A stretch of DNA of 62,460 nt, counting the filler, from Choristocarpus tenellus KU-1152 (Eukaryota > Protista > Phaeophyceae), in the NCBI GenBank assembly GCA_964200185.2. It is 14 parts of 14 records of this genome, joined end to end, with 100 filler letters (N's around TTAATTAATTAA, not from the genome) between each part and the next. Parts side by side here need not be neighbours in the genome. Positions count along the whole stretch, not along the records: positions 47,742 to 50,558 come from CAXNAD020024499.1; positions 50,659 to 55,105 come from CAXNAD020014505.1; positions 55,206 to 59,595 come from CAXNAD020014777.1; positions 59,696 to 62,460 come from CAXNAD020024936.1; 10 more parts are not named here. The stretch is one strand, 5' to 3'. Below the pieces are notes generated by a model. That model saw nothing but the letters and a program-made list of their open reading frames with translations. It did no database searches and was not told the DNA's origin. Positions 50,446-62,460 of this stretch are shown in pieces. A program made the translations under genes and the position numbers. Position 1 is the stretch's first letter, and each line of letters opens with the position of its first letter.

Positions 50446-51304
50446 TTACTTCGATTTGTTTCCTGTTGTACAATTGGTGCCAGCAAGGCAGTCCACATAT
50501 TTTTCTCTTTGAGCAGCATGTAAGACCCAAAGTATCTGGGGGGGTGGGGGGGGTCTACNNNNNNNNNNNNNNNNNNNNNNNNNNNNNNNNNNNNNNNNNN
50601 NNTTAATTAATTAANNNNNNNNNNNNNNNNNNNNNNNNNNNNNNNNNNNNNNNNNNNNGGGGAAAAAAAAATTATGTTTTTTTTTGGGGGTCCCCCTGGT
50701 GGGGGGGGGGGGGGGGGAGCCTCCCCTTTGTCAGATGGGCTAGGGTTAGGGTTGGAAGTTGTGCCAACCAATATGTGAAGTAAGGAGGAATTAGTCTGCA
50801 GACCCATCATATAGATATCGAATCAGTGCCTGCTTTCCTGCAAAATATCTTTACATGTATATATATAAATGCATATTCTGGTATGACAGTGGATTACCAG
50901 TCCAATGTGTTGTTTTATCCTTTACAGCACTCCAATAAATTTCCCTTTTTCCACCTGGTGTTACATCTTTTTGTTTCTCAGTGGAGAAAATGATCTTATA
51001 GATTTTGGAAGGCGTTACATGCACCTCAAGCTCTGTGCAGAGTGTCACAAGGTCACACCAGGCCCATTGTAATTGGATGGAAAGTGCAAAATCAGCAACG
51101 TGGTCATCTTCCCATGTAACTATTGGGTGATGCATTGAGACAATAGTGATGAACCCCTGTTGATTCACATTTCACCCATTTCCGTGCTATCAACAGCTTA
51201 CTTCTTTGTGATTGAGGGGGTGTTCACTAGCATAGTGCCTAAATGCTGGAGAACAAACGATTGTCTTAGAAACAGGTTGTACTTGATTCATAGATCTGCT
51301 GTTA

Positions 51305-54300
51305 CTCTTGCCTTTCTGTCATCTCCAGGAGTGCGGTCCCATTGATCATGTTTCGGTAAAACACTTCAATCACTTCAGCCTTGGGAGGACGCAAACATTC
51401 CCGCAGCCATGATGTCACGTCTCTCACTGTCCATCTTTTCACATTGTCAATAGAGTGTCCAAAGGGGTCATCCTCCACCCCTATACCGGGACAAGCACTC
51501 CTCGCATTGGCCTGCTGCCAAGTCATAGGTGAATCAGAAGAGCTGGTGAGTGTTGGTTTCTCTGTGTCTAGTTGTAGCTTGGTTGTACCTTGCTGAGGTG
51601 TGTTGTTGATAGGGCTCTTTGCTGTTGGCACCAACACATTTGACTCTGCATTGATCTTACTCTTGCTCGTGTTGAAGTTAGCACAAGGTGAAGTCCTGGA
51701 ATCACTGCCACCACGTGACAGTTTTGCCTCTCCTGCACTTGCCTCTCTTGGGGGACTTCTAAAGTTGACCGCCCCAGGCGGGCATGTCTGCGGTGGCACT
51801 TGGGTTTGTAGTGAGGATCGGATTTGGTGCAAGGGGCCAACAGAAGCTGATGATAGAGGGACTGGTAAAGAAGAAGGCGTAGTCCTACCAGAAGGTGGGT
51901 TGAGATCCAGCCCCTTGTGGTGGGTAGATTGGGGGGTAGCCGAGTCCTGGACTAAACTTGCTCGAGACAGTGTATCGGACTCGGTGTGTTGATTCCCCTT
52001 TCCACCATTGACTTGGGGGTGTCTGCTGGTGCCCGGGCACACTGGGCCATGCATTGGTACATTGTGGAGAGGCATTGTCTGTTGACACCGCATGCACGTT
52101 ACACTTCGATTGCTTCCCCCTTGCTGGTCTCTTTCATCCCCTCCTCTGCCGTTGGTGGAAGGAGAACCTGAGGAGTTTCTGAGAGGAGAGATTCTGTTTG
52201 TTCCGGTAGTTGTCAATTTTGATTCAGGAGAATCAGGGGAGCAGGGGTCATTACCTGCCTTCACCCCACCCTGCCAAGCATACCCTGCACTAGAGAGAAC
52301 GGATGACCCATCCGAATCCTTCTTAGCTAATGGCGCTTGGTTTTCCACTCGGCATTGCATGGCGTTCATTGCGGCGTGTTCTGCCATTGAATTAGTATTT
52401 AAGCTCCTCTCGCCCTGCTTCTTTTGCAGGCATGTGGCCCTGTGGCTATCCAGGTTCCGGACTAGCACCTTGGCCCCGCAAGCCAAAGGGCAGCGTACCA
52501 TTCGTAGCTCACATGTCTGCGATCAAATGTAAGCACAAAACATTAGGGAGGGTATTGGTCAGGGTAAGTTTGACGTTTCGGAAGTAGAGGGCATCCCAGC
52601 AACCTAGATGAGGAACTCCTATACTTTGTGGCAGTGTACATTGAGCAGAGCAAATCAGGAGTACACGCTGAGTTGCTGACCATGTGCTTGACAGTGCCAC
52701 CCTAATTTTTCTTCTAGAACTTCGCCCACATCAACTCTCCTTCCAAGATCAAATGTCAAGGTGTATGTACTTGAACCCTATGCTGGGGAAACAGAAACTC
52801 GTATTCTTTTGGGAATTATTGTGTACACCAACTCTCAACAAGGTGAGTTCGAGTGAACCTGTCCTTCAACATAGCATCCAACTCGCATCAAGAGAGATGA
52901 TATGTTCGGGATGACTATGGTAAGAAGTCAACCAGTGGAGGAGGTGTACCTTCCATATCACATTGAACCAATAGGATAAATTAGGTGTCCCCAATCCTAA
53001 TCTTCCAATCTCCCTTAGAGGAACAGTCAACGATACTCCCCCTTACTGCTTGCAGTCAGTTTAGCTTTTGCCAATAGAGAGCAACCAACTACTGGGAAAC
53101 ACAAAGAGAATGTTCACTTAATGCTTAGGAACAGGGAAGCGCTGTTGTTGCTTGCCTCCAGGTGTTCACTCATGGCCGAGCAAAGGTACCGGCGAAGGCA
53201 GAATTCACATTGTGCTGTTGCATTTGAGTCCTGAGAGAATCGAAATGTGGACATGGAGGGGGGGACATTTTCTGTCTTCAATTGTGACTCCATGATAGCG
53301 ATTACAAACATGTGTTTCTTGAGGTGTGCTCAGTCCTTGATAGGCAGGTTCGTTCTTGAGAGCCTATTCGTGTGGTTGAAATTGACAAATTGATACCACA
53401 GTGAAGGATATCATTACGTCCATCCATTCTGTCATGGATAATGTAGTGACCGCAACCTCTCTACCGTGCATCATCAATTTCTACTTGCAATTTCTCAAGA
53501 ATAACCCGGAAATACTATAGTTGATACATCTCAAGCATGACAACTTGAAAGCATTTGTTGGGACCTGTGCTTCAATGAATCTGTTCAAACTGCCAACTGT
53601 CAAGAGATACCTTGGAGCTTTGTCGACTTGGTCCTCGCCATGGGGAAGTTCCCTTAGAGCCAGTAACGCTTGGGACACTTCCTTGGCTTGTCCGCCGGTT
53701 CAAGGCAGAGCCTGTCACAAAGCCCCATCCAGGATTTTCCCCTTTTGAGGCCACTGCAGTTACAGGGTCTGATCCTACCCGTTTCAACCAGCCAGGTGAG
53801 CGTGGGGTTTCTCTGAAGTCAGCTCTGGTGCCAGGTGAACTCACCACTGACTTGGTCTGGTTGAGAGATGTCGGGAAGGACGGATTTCAACTTTTTTCGC
53901 ATTGGAAACAAGACTGCGCCCGTCAAGGAGAAGGCGCATCCCTCACGAACACTCTCGAATATTACTGCATCAGACATCAGCATGACTCAGAGTACACTGT
54001 CCTTGTAAAGGAAATGGAGAATACCCTATGACTTGAAATGTACACGAAGGTGGAGAGAAAAAAAAAAAAGGAAAACAGAGGCAAATATCATGTGCAAAAC
54101 CTCAACACAAAGGTGCTCGTCATTCAGTAAGCCTAGAGTACCTCTGTGGTGCAAGTAGCTCTCTCCGTGTCCATCTCATCTGCATCCGTAAAATTCAATC
54201 CTCCGGACGGTCTTCCTCTTTCACTCTTTCTGGTGGACTCTTGTCCCAGAGAGACAGGCTGATCAGGAGCCTCTCCCCGTCCAGGTTCTATCTTTTCAAT

Positions 54301-54843
54301 TTCCTCGGTGTCATCCGACATAGCTTCAGAGGATGAAGGAGCAGTAGCATCGTCTGATTCCGATAGCGTGCCCAAAGACATGTTTGAACTTTCTCGACGT
54401 TCACCCACCCTTCCATGCAAAGGTTGAGGAGGTTCGAATTTGTGTTCATCATTCCTTGTATCATCCTGGGGTTTTTTTATGATTGGGTAGGTCTGAGGAC
54501 TCAAGTTTTGCGGGGGACCTGGAGTCTCGTCTGTCTCCTGGTGTTGGACGGCAGTAGTCTCCTCAAGAGGTTCAGTCTCAGGTTTCTGGGTTGTCTTGCT
54601 ATCCTGCACAGGTGCCGAATCATACTTATCAACTGCTTCCTCCACAAGTCCAGAGGCCATGACGGGAATGGAAGGCAGTGGGTTGTTGACCACTCCCTCC
54701 TCGCCAGGTTTGTGTGTCTCACAGACATCAGGTTTGTTTGGTTGGGGGGAGCTTGACATGAGCATTTTCCCGGATGCTGCAGGAGGACAGACCTGGTGCT
54801 GTACTGCAGTGATGTCAAATTTGTTGAGCTTGTCCAGTGTTGC
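51305..54843 (-). CDS. TRAF-type zinc-finger and SAM-domain protein, partial multi-exon gene
   Basis: Phase-0 exons 54843-54142, 53856-53611, 53230-53156 (CEFC..HLE) and 52516-~51312 (TCELRMVRCPLACG...HRATC; CMRC...HGPVC; SAM start WTVRDVTSWL...FYRNMINGTALLEMT). Confidence 0.8.
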
Positions 54844-55257
54844 CTGTGAGAGTGGGTGGCCGATTTGTCCACGTGCAGAGTGGATTGCCTTTGATTGGAT
54901 AACCATACATACAACAGGACACCATGAGTGGGAGAGTCAAGAGTTGACACTATGGCACATGCACTGAGCATAGGTTGCATAAAAATAGAACACCTCATCT
55001 GTATGTCGTACTGTTGTAGTAGCATTGCTAGCCCTAAACCTAACTCTACCCCTAACCCTATCGACTTGAAGTATCTGGGGGGGGGGGGGGGCGGGCGTCT
55101 ATTTGNNNNNNNNNNNNNNNNNNNNNNNNNNNNNNNNNNNNNNNNNNNNTTAATTAATTAANNNNNNNNNNNNNNNNNNNNNNNNNNNNNNNNNNNNNNN
55201 NNNNNCCAACCCCCCCCCCCCCCCCAGATACTTTGATCCCTTCAAATATCACCATCC

Positions 55258-58054
55258 TTCACAAAATAATCACTCCCAAATAACCTCGAAGAACAGGTCC
55301 GATATTGCTGTCCTCGACAAAGAACCACTCCCAATCAACCTTCAACTACAAGCCCCACAATTATATGGGACAGTAATTAACTCCATACAAGAGCATCATC
55401 CCTTCCAAGCCTTTTCCGACATTTCCTAAACAACAGACCTTCAAACATAGGCGAAAAGCAGACACGTACACACTTTAAACTGCATGCACCCTTCTGTGGG
55501 TTGTGCTCCTCCTGGAGAACACAATGGAAGGAGTCACAAACCCTTAATGCCTTTGCTAGACATACACACACACACACACACAGTCACACACACAAAACAG
55601 AAAAAAACATAGATCCATGCATGCGTTACATTGACCCCCCCGCCTATAGATAGTGTCTTATCAACTACTCTCTCTGCAGTGGAAAAGGAGTACTGACCTT
55701 GAACACTACCCCCTCCCTCATCGATTTCAAGGTTCGGAATGTGGTGTGGGGGAGGGAGGTCCACATTCAAAGCAACACTTCGGTATTCGAACCTTGTGTG
55801 TAGTGTGTCCTCTGCATTGATTACATGTGTGTGGTAAGCACTAGGAGACAATGATCCAGGAATGCACAGAGCAAATGACCAAAGGGCATGGTGAAGGCAT
55901 CAGGGTGACTTTCTGGATAGTCATCAAGAGAATACCGTGTACCTTGGTGTGCTATGGCATTTTTGCCCACATCAAGGCATTACTTCAGACAAGAAGATGT
56001 GAGACACCAAGCAACATACTTCAAAGTAAACATACCAAAGAAGCAGAAGACCAAAAATGTGACACGTTGATGACTCTAAACGTCAACAGACGAAAAAGGG
56101 TGTACCCTTGCTAGGCTCTATATCCCAGAAAACTAAAAAAAAATAACATTCGAGAGATAAAATTAACATTGCAAAAAAACAACTAAGGAGATGAAGCCCT
56201 CTTCCCCAACAGCCCTCCCACCACTGTCCTTTGGACCACTCTGGACTTCTACACTGGAGACAGTAAGGACACGCTGTAAATGAAATGCACTGACTGCCTA
56301 AATATCTCTTCAGTGGACTATTGGGGTTGAAAATCGCCCGCATCACCTTAGTGGTGGTAAGAGACATGGCACAGCAGTTGGACCACTGCGCCTCGTTCAC
56401 AAAGGGCATTCACCCACGTTTAACAGTGGCAACCCCTACACATGCTTTTTTTTCTGTTTAGCGCCTTCCCTTACAGTTGCCCAAAAACTTGTGGTAAAAA
56501 AAAAACACACACACACACATACACACAACATACTTTCTCCACCTACACAGGATTCATTTGTATTCAGACTCCTGATTTGGCATCAGGGAAGATATACCTG
56601 TGTGGAGGCGCACCGGTGAGTGTATCCAACCAGCCACAAAGAGGTTGAGTTTGAAATTTGCGAGCACAAAATATGCTACAGAGTAGTTCCAAAATTCTCG
56701 CAAACATGTTTTGCTGCACTATCTTTGCTAGAAGGTTGGCTTATTTTTGCATGGACAAAACTCGAAACTCCGCTTATTAATGACTGGTAGAATGAACTCA
56801 CCAGTACACCTCAACTTTGGCATTTCCTCCCTGTCATAAAAAAAAATGTGTTCCTGAACAAAAATCAACCACACACTCTGAGAAGATGAGGTCTTCGTGC
56901 ACATAATTTTCATTTTGAGTCACAAGTTTTAGGCCAACTACAATAGACAGTTTGAGAAGGTGAATATATATTAAGCTGTTTAGCAAAAGCACCAGCTTTC
57001 TTGGGATCGTGTTGCTGTTCACTCTGAATAGGTCTGTTTTGCTGAGAAGGTCTTGGTATCTCCAACAAACGCAATATGTGCAGTGATAGCGAACCTCATG
57101 ACCGAAGCCTGTCGGTAAATATATTCCTGAATCTGCATCTACCTCAATAATGAACTTTTTGGTCACATGACCTTGGGAAAAAACATATGGCTATCCCATA
57201 GGCTCGTAAGAAGTGGACCACCAGGACGTAGTCACATCTGAGCAGTCGACTATGTCATCCACCTATAAAATTTCCAACACAATGCAGTTATTTGGTTCCC
57301 TCCATCAACCTTTTAAAAACAAATGAGTAATTTTTTCAGAGGTCGAGGGACTCATACCTCTTGTTCCTGGCCCCTTCGTCCAGCTGTATTCGTAAGCGTC
57401 TCCACATCCTTGCCATTCTGTGGGATTCTTGTCCAGCGGAAACAGAACGGTATCACCTGCCAATCGGTTCCCACAAGAGTTGGGTGAACAGAATTGATCG
57501 CCATACTATTCGCTATCTCTGTGGATCGTTGGACCCTTAGCTAGATACGCTGGTTGGGGGGGTGACTGCATAAAAATATAAACAAATATATAGGGAAATA
57601 CTCGCAAAGTGGCATATACGAGTTCGAGGCAACCCCTCTCAGAATTTTAGATCTTCAACTAGCAGCCTGGTCTCTCCTTACGAAAAGGATACCCAAAAAA
57701 TTTCTTCGTGTAACACTCTAGCTTGATTTTACAGAAAGCTAACTGCAACGTCCTAGGTGTCGAGATCGTGTATGTCGAGAAACGGAGTACCTCTTGCGAT
57801 CTTTTTTAAACAATAAGGCAAAGCGCTGGGTGAAACTGACGTGAGATAAGTGATCTGCTGTGAGCGTCTAGACAAAAAGCAACCTATGCTTTGATATTCC
57901 AGCTACCTCGAGGGCACGCCTTTGTGTAGGTGTTGCGTTTCTCAGTAGGGACACTAACCACAGACTGGCGGCTTGGTAGCAACAACGCCAAAAGGAGGAT
58001 GATGAAAAGAGCAAGAGTCATTTTTCTCTTGGCAAGCCTCCAAGCCTCCATGTC
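55258..58054 (-). CDS. Hypothetical secreted or membrane-anchored protein, many short exons
   Basis: First exon has a hydrophobic signal (MTLALFIILLLALLLP). Phase-compatible exons 57456-57358, 57171-57095, ~56675-56598, ~55811-55698 and ~55344-55258. The model is incomplete. Confidence 0.5.
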
Positions 58055-58244
58055 ATGCCATAGGGCTGCCCCACTCTCTGATATTGTGTCAGGCGAACAT
58101 TGCAACCATCTACTCTAGGTACCTAGAATCTGTTATTTGATTTGTGGGGATTGAAGAAATCGGAGATGTAAGAGTTATGATGGGAAAACTTATTGACATT
58201 TGAGAGTGTTCGTTGAAAAATACAAACCGACACCAAACAAGGTA

Positions 58245-59427
58245 TAGTCGGCAGTGACCTCTACGATCAGACCAGTCTTGATTTTTTTGAAAAGGTTGCC
58301 CAACTAGTTAAACCACGATCAACATATAGTGTTAGCAGTCGTCTCCTGTATAAACTTTTTCGTGCCATAACTTGTGATCAACAACGATTTTTTTCATGGA
58401 AATTCGTTTGTTCTTAGTCGCATAATCATACCTAACCTTATTCGATGGGTCTTGGTTGGTCAACTTGCAGTAATCGTGAGAAATACACGACCATACTTAA
58501 ATCAAGTAGTCCGCGCGCGAACCCCGCATATAAGGACGATTTTGACGCCAGAAGAGGCCATCTTCGCCCCGAGAACATGCGCGTTGTTGTCTCTCCATTC
58601 TCCTTCCAATATTTCCTGTTTATGCAATGTTGTCACCTGCTGACAAAGACTCACTCATAGGGACTCGGGTCTCTGAACCAGATAATCCATGCCAAGTAAA
58701 ATGAGGTATTCTGAAGGTGCAGGGCTCCTGTGAGACTTAAATGTCTTGTACACCGTGTCCAATTTAGTGCACTCCATGCCTTTCTCGTTGGAATATATCA
58801 GGTGGTAAGCAATTCTCATCCTGAAGAACCTCTCCACACTTACTCTGGACAGCCTCCCTTCCTCCTTAAGACTGACAGGAATGTTGGGTCTCATTCCAGG
58901 CAACGTGTAGTCACAATGGCCTCATACATAGTGCTTCGCCCACCCCCAGACCACCTCTATCCAGTTCAATTCACAGTGGTACTTTGGAAGCATGAAGTGT
59001 CCTCCAAGATGCTCAACCAAAATCGTGTCCTGTGAGTGGCTTAAGCAGTAATAAGCCGAGGTTAGCCCACGTACCGTTTGGGTGGTTACCAATCTTGATT
59101 TTATTGAAAAGGTTGACCAACGAGTTAACTAACGATCAGCATATAAAATGAAACCTCTAGGATTTAGGCTATCGATTTACGCAAAGCAATTCTTTCGTAA
59201 AAAGATCTTTTGGTCGTGATAATTCATTCCGGAACATTTTCAAGGTTGTGTCCAAAGCATTCGGTTAAGATTTAACCTTAACAAAATAATTTTCCGAAAG
59301 AATTCGTTTGCAGAAATCGATAGCTTAGGCGGAGAGTTTTCATTCGATATGCTAATCGTCGTTTAACTCCCTGGGCAACCTTTTAAAAAATATCAAGACT
59401 GGTCTCATCCTAAAGGTTATTGCCAAC
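58245..59427 (-). mobile_element. Deleted Tc1/IS630-like transposon with DDE_3 transposase C-terminus and long TIRs
   Basis: Minus 59030-58655: FMLPKYHCELNWIEVVWGWAKHYV*GHCDYTLPGMR...KTFKSHR (LPKFHCELNPIE..W motif). TIR GGCAGTGACC..GACCAGTCTTGAT.. at ~58250 is inverted relative to ~59340-59424. Confidence 0.85.
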
Positions 59428-59595
59428 AGTATCTGGAGGGGGTGCTGGCTATCCATTCAGGGCCCATTTTTCCATTTCGCGATTTTTGAGTGATTTGGTT
59501 GCATGCGTCGGATGGATAATGTAAGTGCACTTCTCCTGGTCAGGGCCCGAATGGACTCCCTGGTGTAGAGACCGCCCCCCACCCCCCGCCCCCCC
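59428..59595. mobile_element. MITE family A at contig end
   Basis: AGTATCTGGAGGGGG...GTAAGTGCACTT...CCTGGTGTAGA-poly(C). Confidence 0.8.
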
Positions 59596-59795
59596 NNNNN
59601 NNNNNNNNNNNNNNNNNNNNNNNNNNNNNNNNNNNNNNNTTAATTAATTAANNNNNNNNNNNNNNNNNNNNNNNNNNNNNNNNNNNNNNNNNNNNCCTAC
59701 ATCGCAAGTCTCACATGCCTGTAGTAGGTTTAAGTACAGTTTACAGTCCAAGTTTAAGGCGATGCATTGGTCTCTCTGTGCTCGCGTGGGTGGGC

Positions 59796-59857
<62 letters not shown>

Positions 59858-59860
59858 GGG
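59796..59860 (+). repeat. (GAGGGT)n hexamer repeat, telomere-variant
   Basis: About 10 tandem GAGGGT units. Confidence 0.9.
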
Positions 59861-60117
59861 TGTATAGGAAGGTCATAAATAAATCCACTTCAACAATGAG
59901 CCAGTATTGTCACAATATAAACAAAAGACATCATCCTCGGTAGTCTATCTTTTTTAGGGGCTGTGGTACGCCACGAATATAATGGGACAACATAGAATAC
60001 TCATGATAGTACTGTATGGTTGTACGCAATATGGAAACATGTGTTGCCCATGTCCAAGGTCATCTCGGTTGCTGTATAGTGGTGGAGTTTGTGTCGCAGA
60101 GGGAGACTTCCTCTCAC

Positions 60118-60312
60118 CTTAATTTCTAACAAATGTATATTGGCGTCTGCTACAGACAGTGCTGATTGTGAACGACGAGTGAGCCATGTCGAAGATTGCG
60201 GCCCAACGAGGCCGTTGGTATTGCCCACTGCCTTCGACAGTCCTGTGTATTTATGAGCTGACACAAAATGTCCAGAGATTACCACAAAGGCTAGGGCAGC
60301 CGCCGCTATCAT
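60118..60312 (-). CDS. Probable first exon with signal peptide, hypothetical
   Basis: MIAAAALAFVVISGHFVSA...LLEIK|GTGAG, 195 nt, phase 0. Confidence 0.4.
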
Positions 60313-61544
60313 ATCTACTGGAAGTTTCTCTCGCTTTGCTGCATTCCCAACAAAAAAATGTATTGAGGTTATTCGGCATGGTGGGCGAGTAATCAGAAAG
60401 TCATGTAGCGCATGGACAGAGCATTGTTGCAATGCATTTTTGGTGCCGTTCTAAGCAGCGGGTGGTGGTGGTCATCCGATTCTCACGGTATTGAACAGTC
60501 TGAGACCGAACCAGCTGGGGGAGTATGCATGTACCAGAGAAACAGCAGGCGTTTCCACAACAGCAAAGACACCATAAGCAAGCCACGCGTAAGCTCAAGA
60601 TAGGTACGGTTACAAAATGCAAAAAGGATACCAACGTAACTGCAGTTCCCAACCTAAGTTTGGCAATTCAAAACTATGCGCAATACCGTCCACTCATCAT
60701 GATTTACCTGTTCAATCGCTCAATCGTTCAGACCCTCTACACTACAACAGTTGCTACAACCATGGATCAACATGAGAAAGGAAGAGTGTCTTGTCCTATA
60801 CCTCAATTTGTCATCCCAATTCCCATCAAAAAATTGAGGAGCCTGTTCCTTGTTTGATGTTGAGGGATCGAACCCCTTCCACGTCAAAATACTGTAAAGA
60901 CAAAATTAGGTTCATTGATCCATTCCATGTCCAACCAATACGGATTGTAAACCTGTAGTAACCAAACACTAGAGGTGACAAATAAATACCATGATGACCC
61001 TTGAAGTGCCATAAACATACAGCCCTGATACGTTGTCAGTCACAACTTCGGGGGGAATTCCAGACTTAGCAGCAACATTGTGGAAAAGTGACATATTTTA
61101 TTTGTTCGTATACCCTGTATTATTATTATATACTCGTTCTTTGACCATGTCCAGAGAAACAAACGCAGTTCCTTGCTTCTGCGACCTACCTGTACATTTT
61201 TCGATATTTGTTCATTTTCGTTTCGTAAAAATAGAACTTTAGCACCACCCACTCACAGATCTATTGCCTAGCTACTGGGGTGACGTACGTACTCGTTTGA
61301 GTGGGGAATAGAAGATCTAGTGGGCTAGAAAGAGCCGGAGGTTAAGCGGATTGTCATCCGGTGTGTGCAATGGCTAGCTGGGTAGGATATCTGGAAGGCT
61401 CAAGCATATGGAAGATGTGATCACTCATGTAACAGAACCAGGGGTTGTGTGTCAGGCAGGAGGTTGAAGAGACCTCACCTGGCAGAACACTCACACAGGG
61501 TATCCCCATTATCCCCAATGGAAAGATTTGATTGACCGACATTT

Positions 61545-61731
61545 GACCCAAAGTACCTGGGAGGGGGGGGGGGAGGGGGGTCCACAGCAGGGTGTCCATT
61601 TGGACAATAACCAGGAAAAGTGCACTTACATTATCCATCCCACGTAAGTGCAACCAAAGCACCCAAAAATTGCGATGTGAAAAAATTGAACCCAAATGGG
61701 CAGCAGCCACACCCCCCCAGATACTTAAATC
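61545..61731. mobile_element. MITE family A, full length with 4-bp TSD
   Basis: ATTT|GACCCAAAGTACCTGG ... CCAGATACTTAAATC|ATTT. Confidence 0.88.
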
Positions 61732-62460
61732 ATTTGGTAATCAGCCAAAAGGAAAGTATGATGTATGTGTATCTAGCATCGGGCAAAGAATTGCATTTGG
61801 TATCCACTTGTAAGTGGGCGGAAGCAGAAAATCTTGATGGATGCTGCTCTCTTTTGTATCGCTTGTTGGTCAACACCACTGAGAACGGGGGGTTGCTCCT
61901 TTGGCTGTTTGAGTCAGAGTCAATGTGCTGAAAAGAAAGTTTCAGCGCGAGCTGCATGTGAATATGGAGATGGACAGTGGACCACACTTGCTGGTGGTCC
62001 GTGCACACAAAACGATCCTTGCACGACCAGCGTTGAATTGAATCACATACCTCAATACACTCAGGGCATCCACCGTGGTGGCAGAACTCGGTGCATTGTA
62101 TATTGTAGAGTTTTTTACCCCAACTGTCGACAAGGATGCACATATACACGTGGCTGTGGTGGGTGGTAGGAGCAGTCATACTCCGAGAGCCGTACTTGGT
62201 TGCCGGTTCAGCCAAGTCATCACAATTTTTCTATCCCTACTTCTTCTTTCCAATAACTGATAGAGCCTCCTGCACACACATACACATCAACCTGTTCTCT
62301 TTTGCCTCTTCAGGATACATGGGGGTAGAGAGAGGTATGTGGTGTGGACAACACTGTGATGCACATTTTTCTTCTTCCCTCTGTTCCTAGCCATCTTGGG
62401 AGCATGGTGCTCAACTGCCGGACTATTTCTCAACCAATTGGACGCTTGGAATGTGCTCGG

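Noticed and set aside
56345-56436. In-frame TGA (RG*MPF) as selenocysteine
   Set aside because: Phase from the upstream exon favours another frame with a short exon; no SECIS or redox motif was seen.
60858-60877. B-box-like GGTTCGATCCC on the minus strand as a tRNA
   Set aside because: No A-box or cloverleaf upstream.

Overview
This is fragmented eukaryotic nuclear DNA, not a prokaryotic locus. Fourteen short contigs are joined by artificial 100-nt linkers (N44-TTAATTAATTAA-N44), so neighbourhood across linkers has no meaning. Spliceosomal introns, a bipartite plastid-type presequence, the style of the RTE LINE and intronic (TTAGGG)n tracts suggest a photosynthetic stramenopile, probably a brown alga or relative (inference). 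Intron-split host genes found: an alpha/beta-hydrolase, NADPH-thioredoxin reductase (3' exons), an MFS transporter head-to-head with a YbaK/OB-fold gene, a TRAF-type zinc-finger/SAM gene, and several hypothetical genes. The rest is dominated by decayed transposons (Copia RT/RNaseH, RTE LINE, DD39D mariner, two DDE_3/IS630-Tc1-like transposases). There is also an abundant group of MITEs sharing a CAAAGTATCT terminal-repeat core followed by a G-rich tract, with 4-bp TSDs visible in two copies; many contig ends fall inside them. The most striking structure is a ~1.27-kb inverted duplication of Copia pol at 23433-24692. Its 163-bp inner core is ~95% self-complementary with mostly G:U-compatible mismatches, making it a candidate TE-derived hairpin-RNA/miRNA locus. 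All calls come from manual reading and translation; no searches were run.
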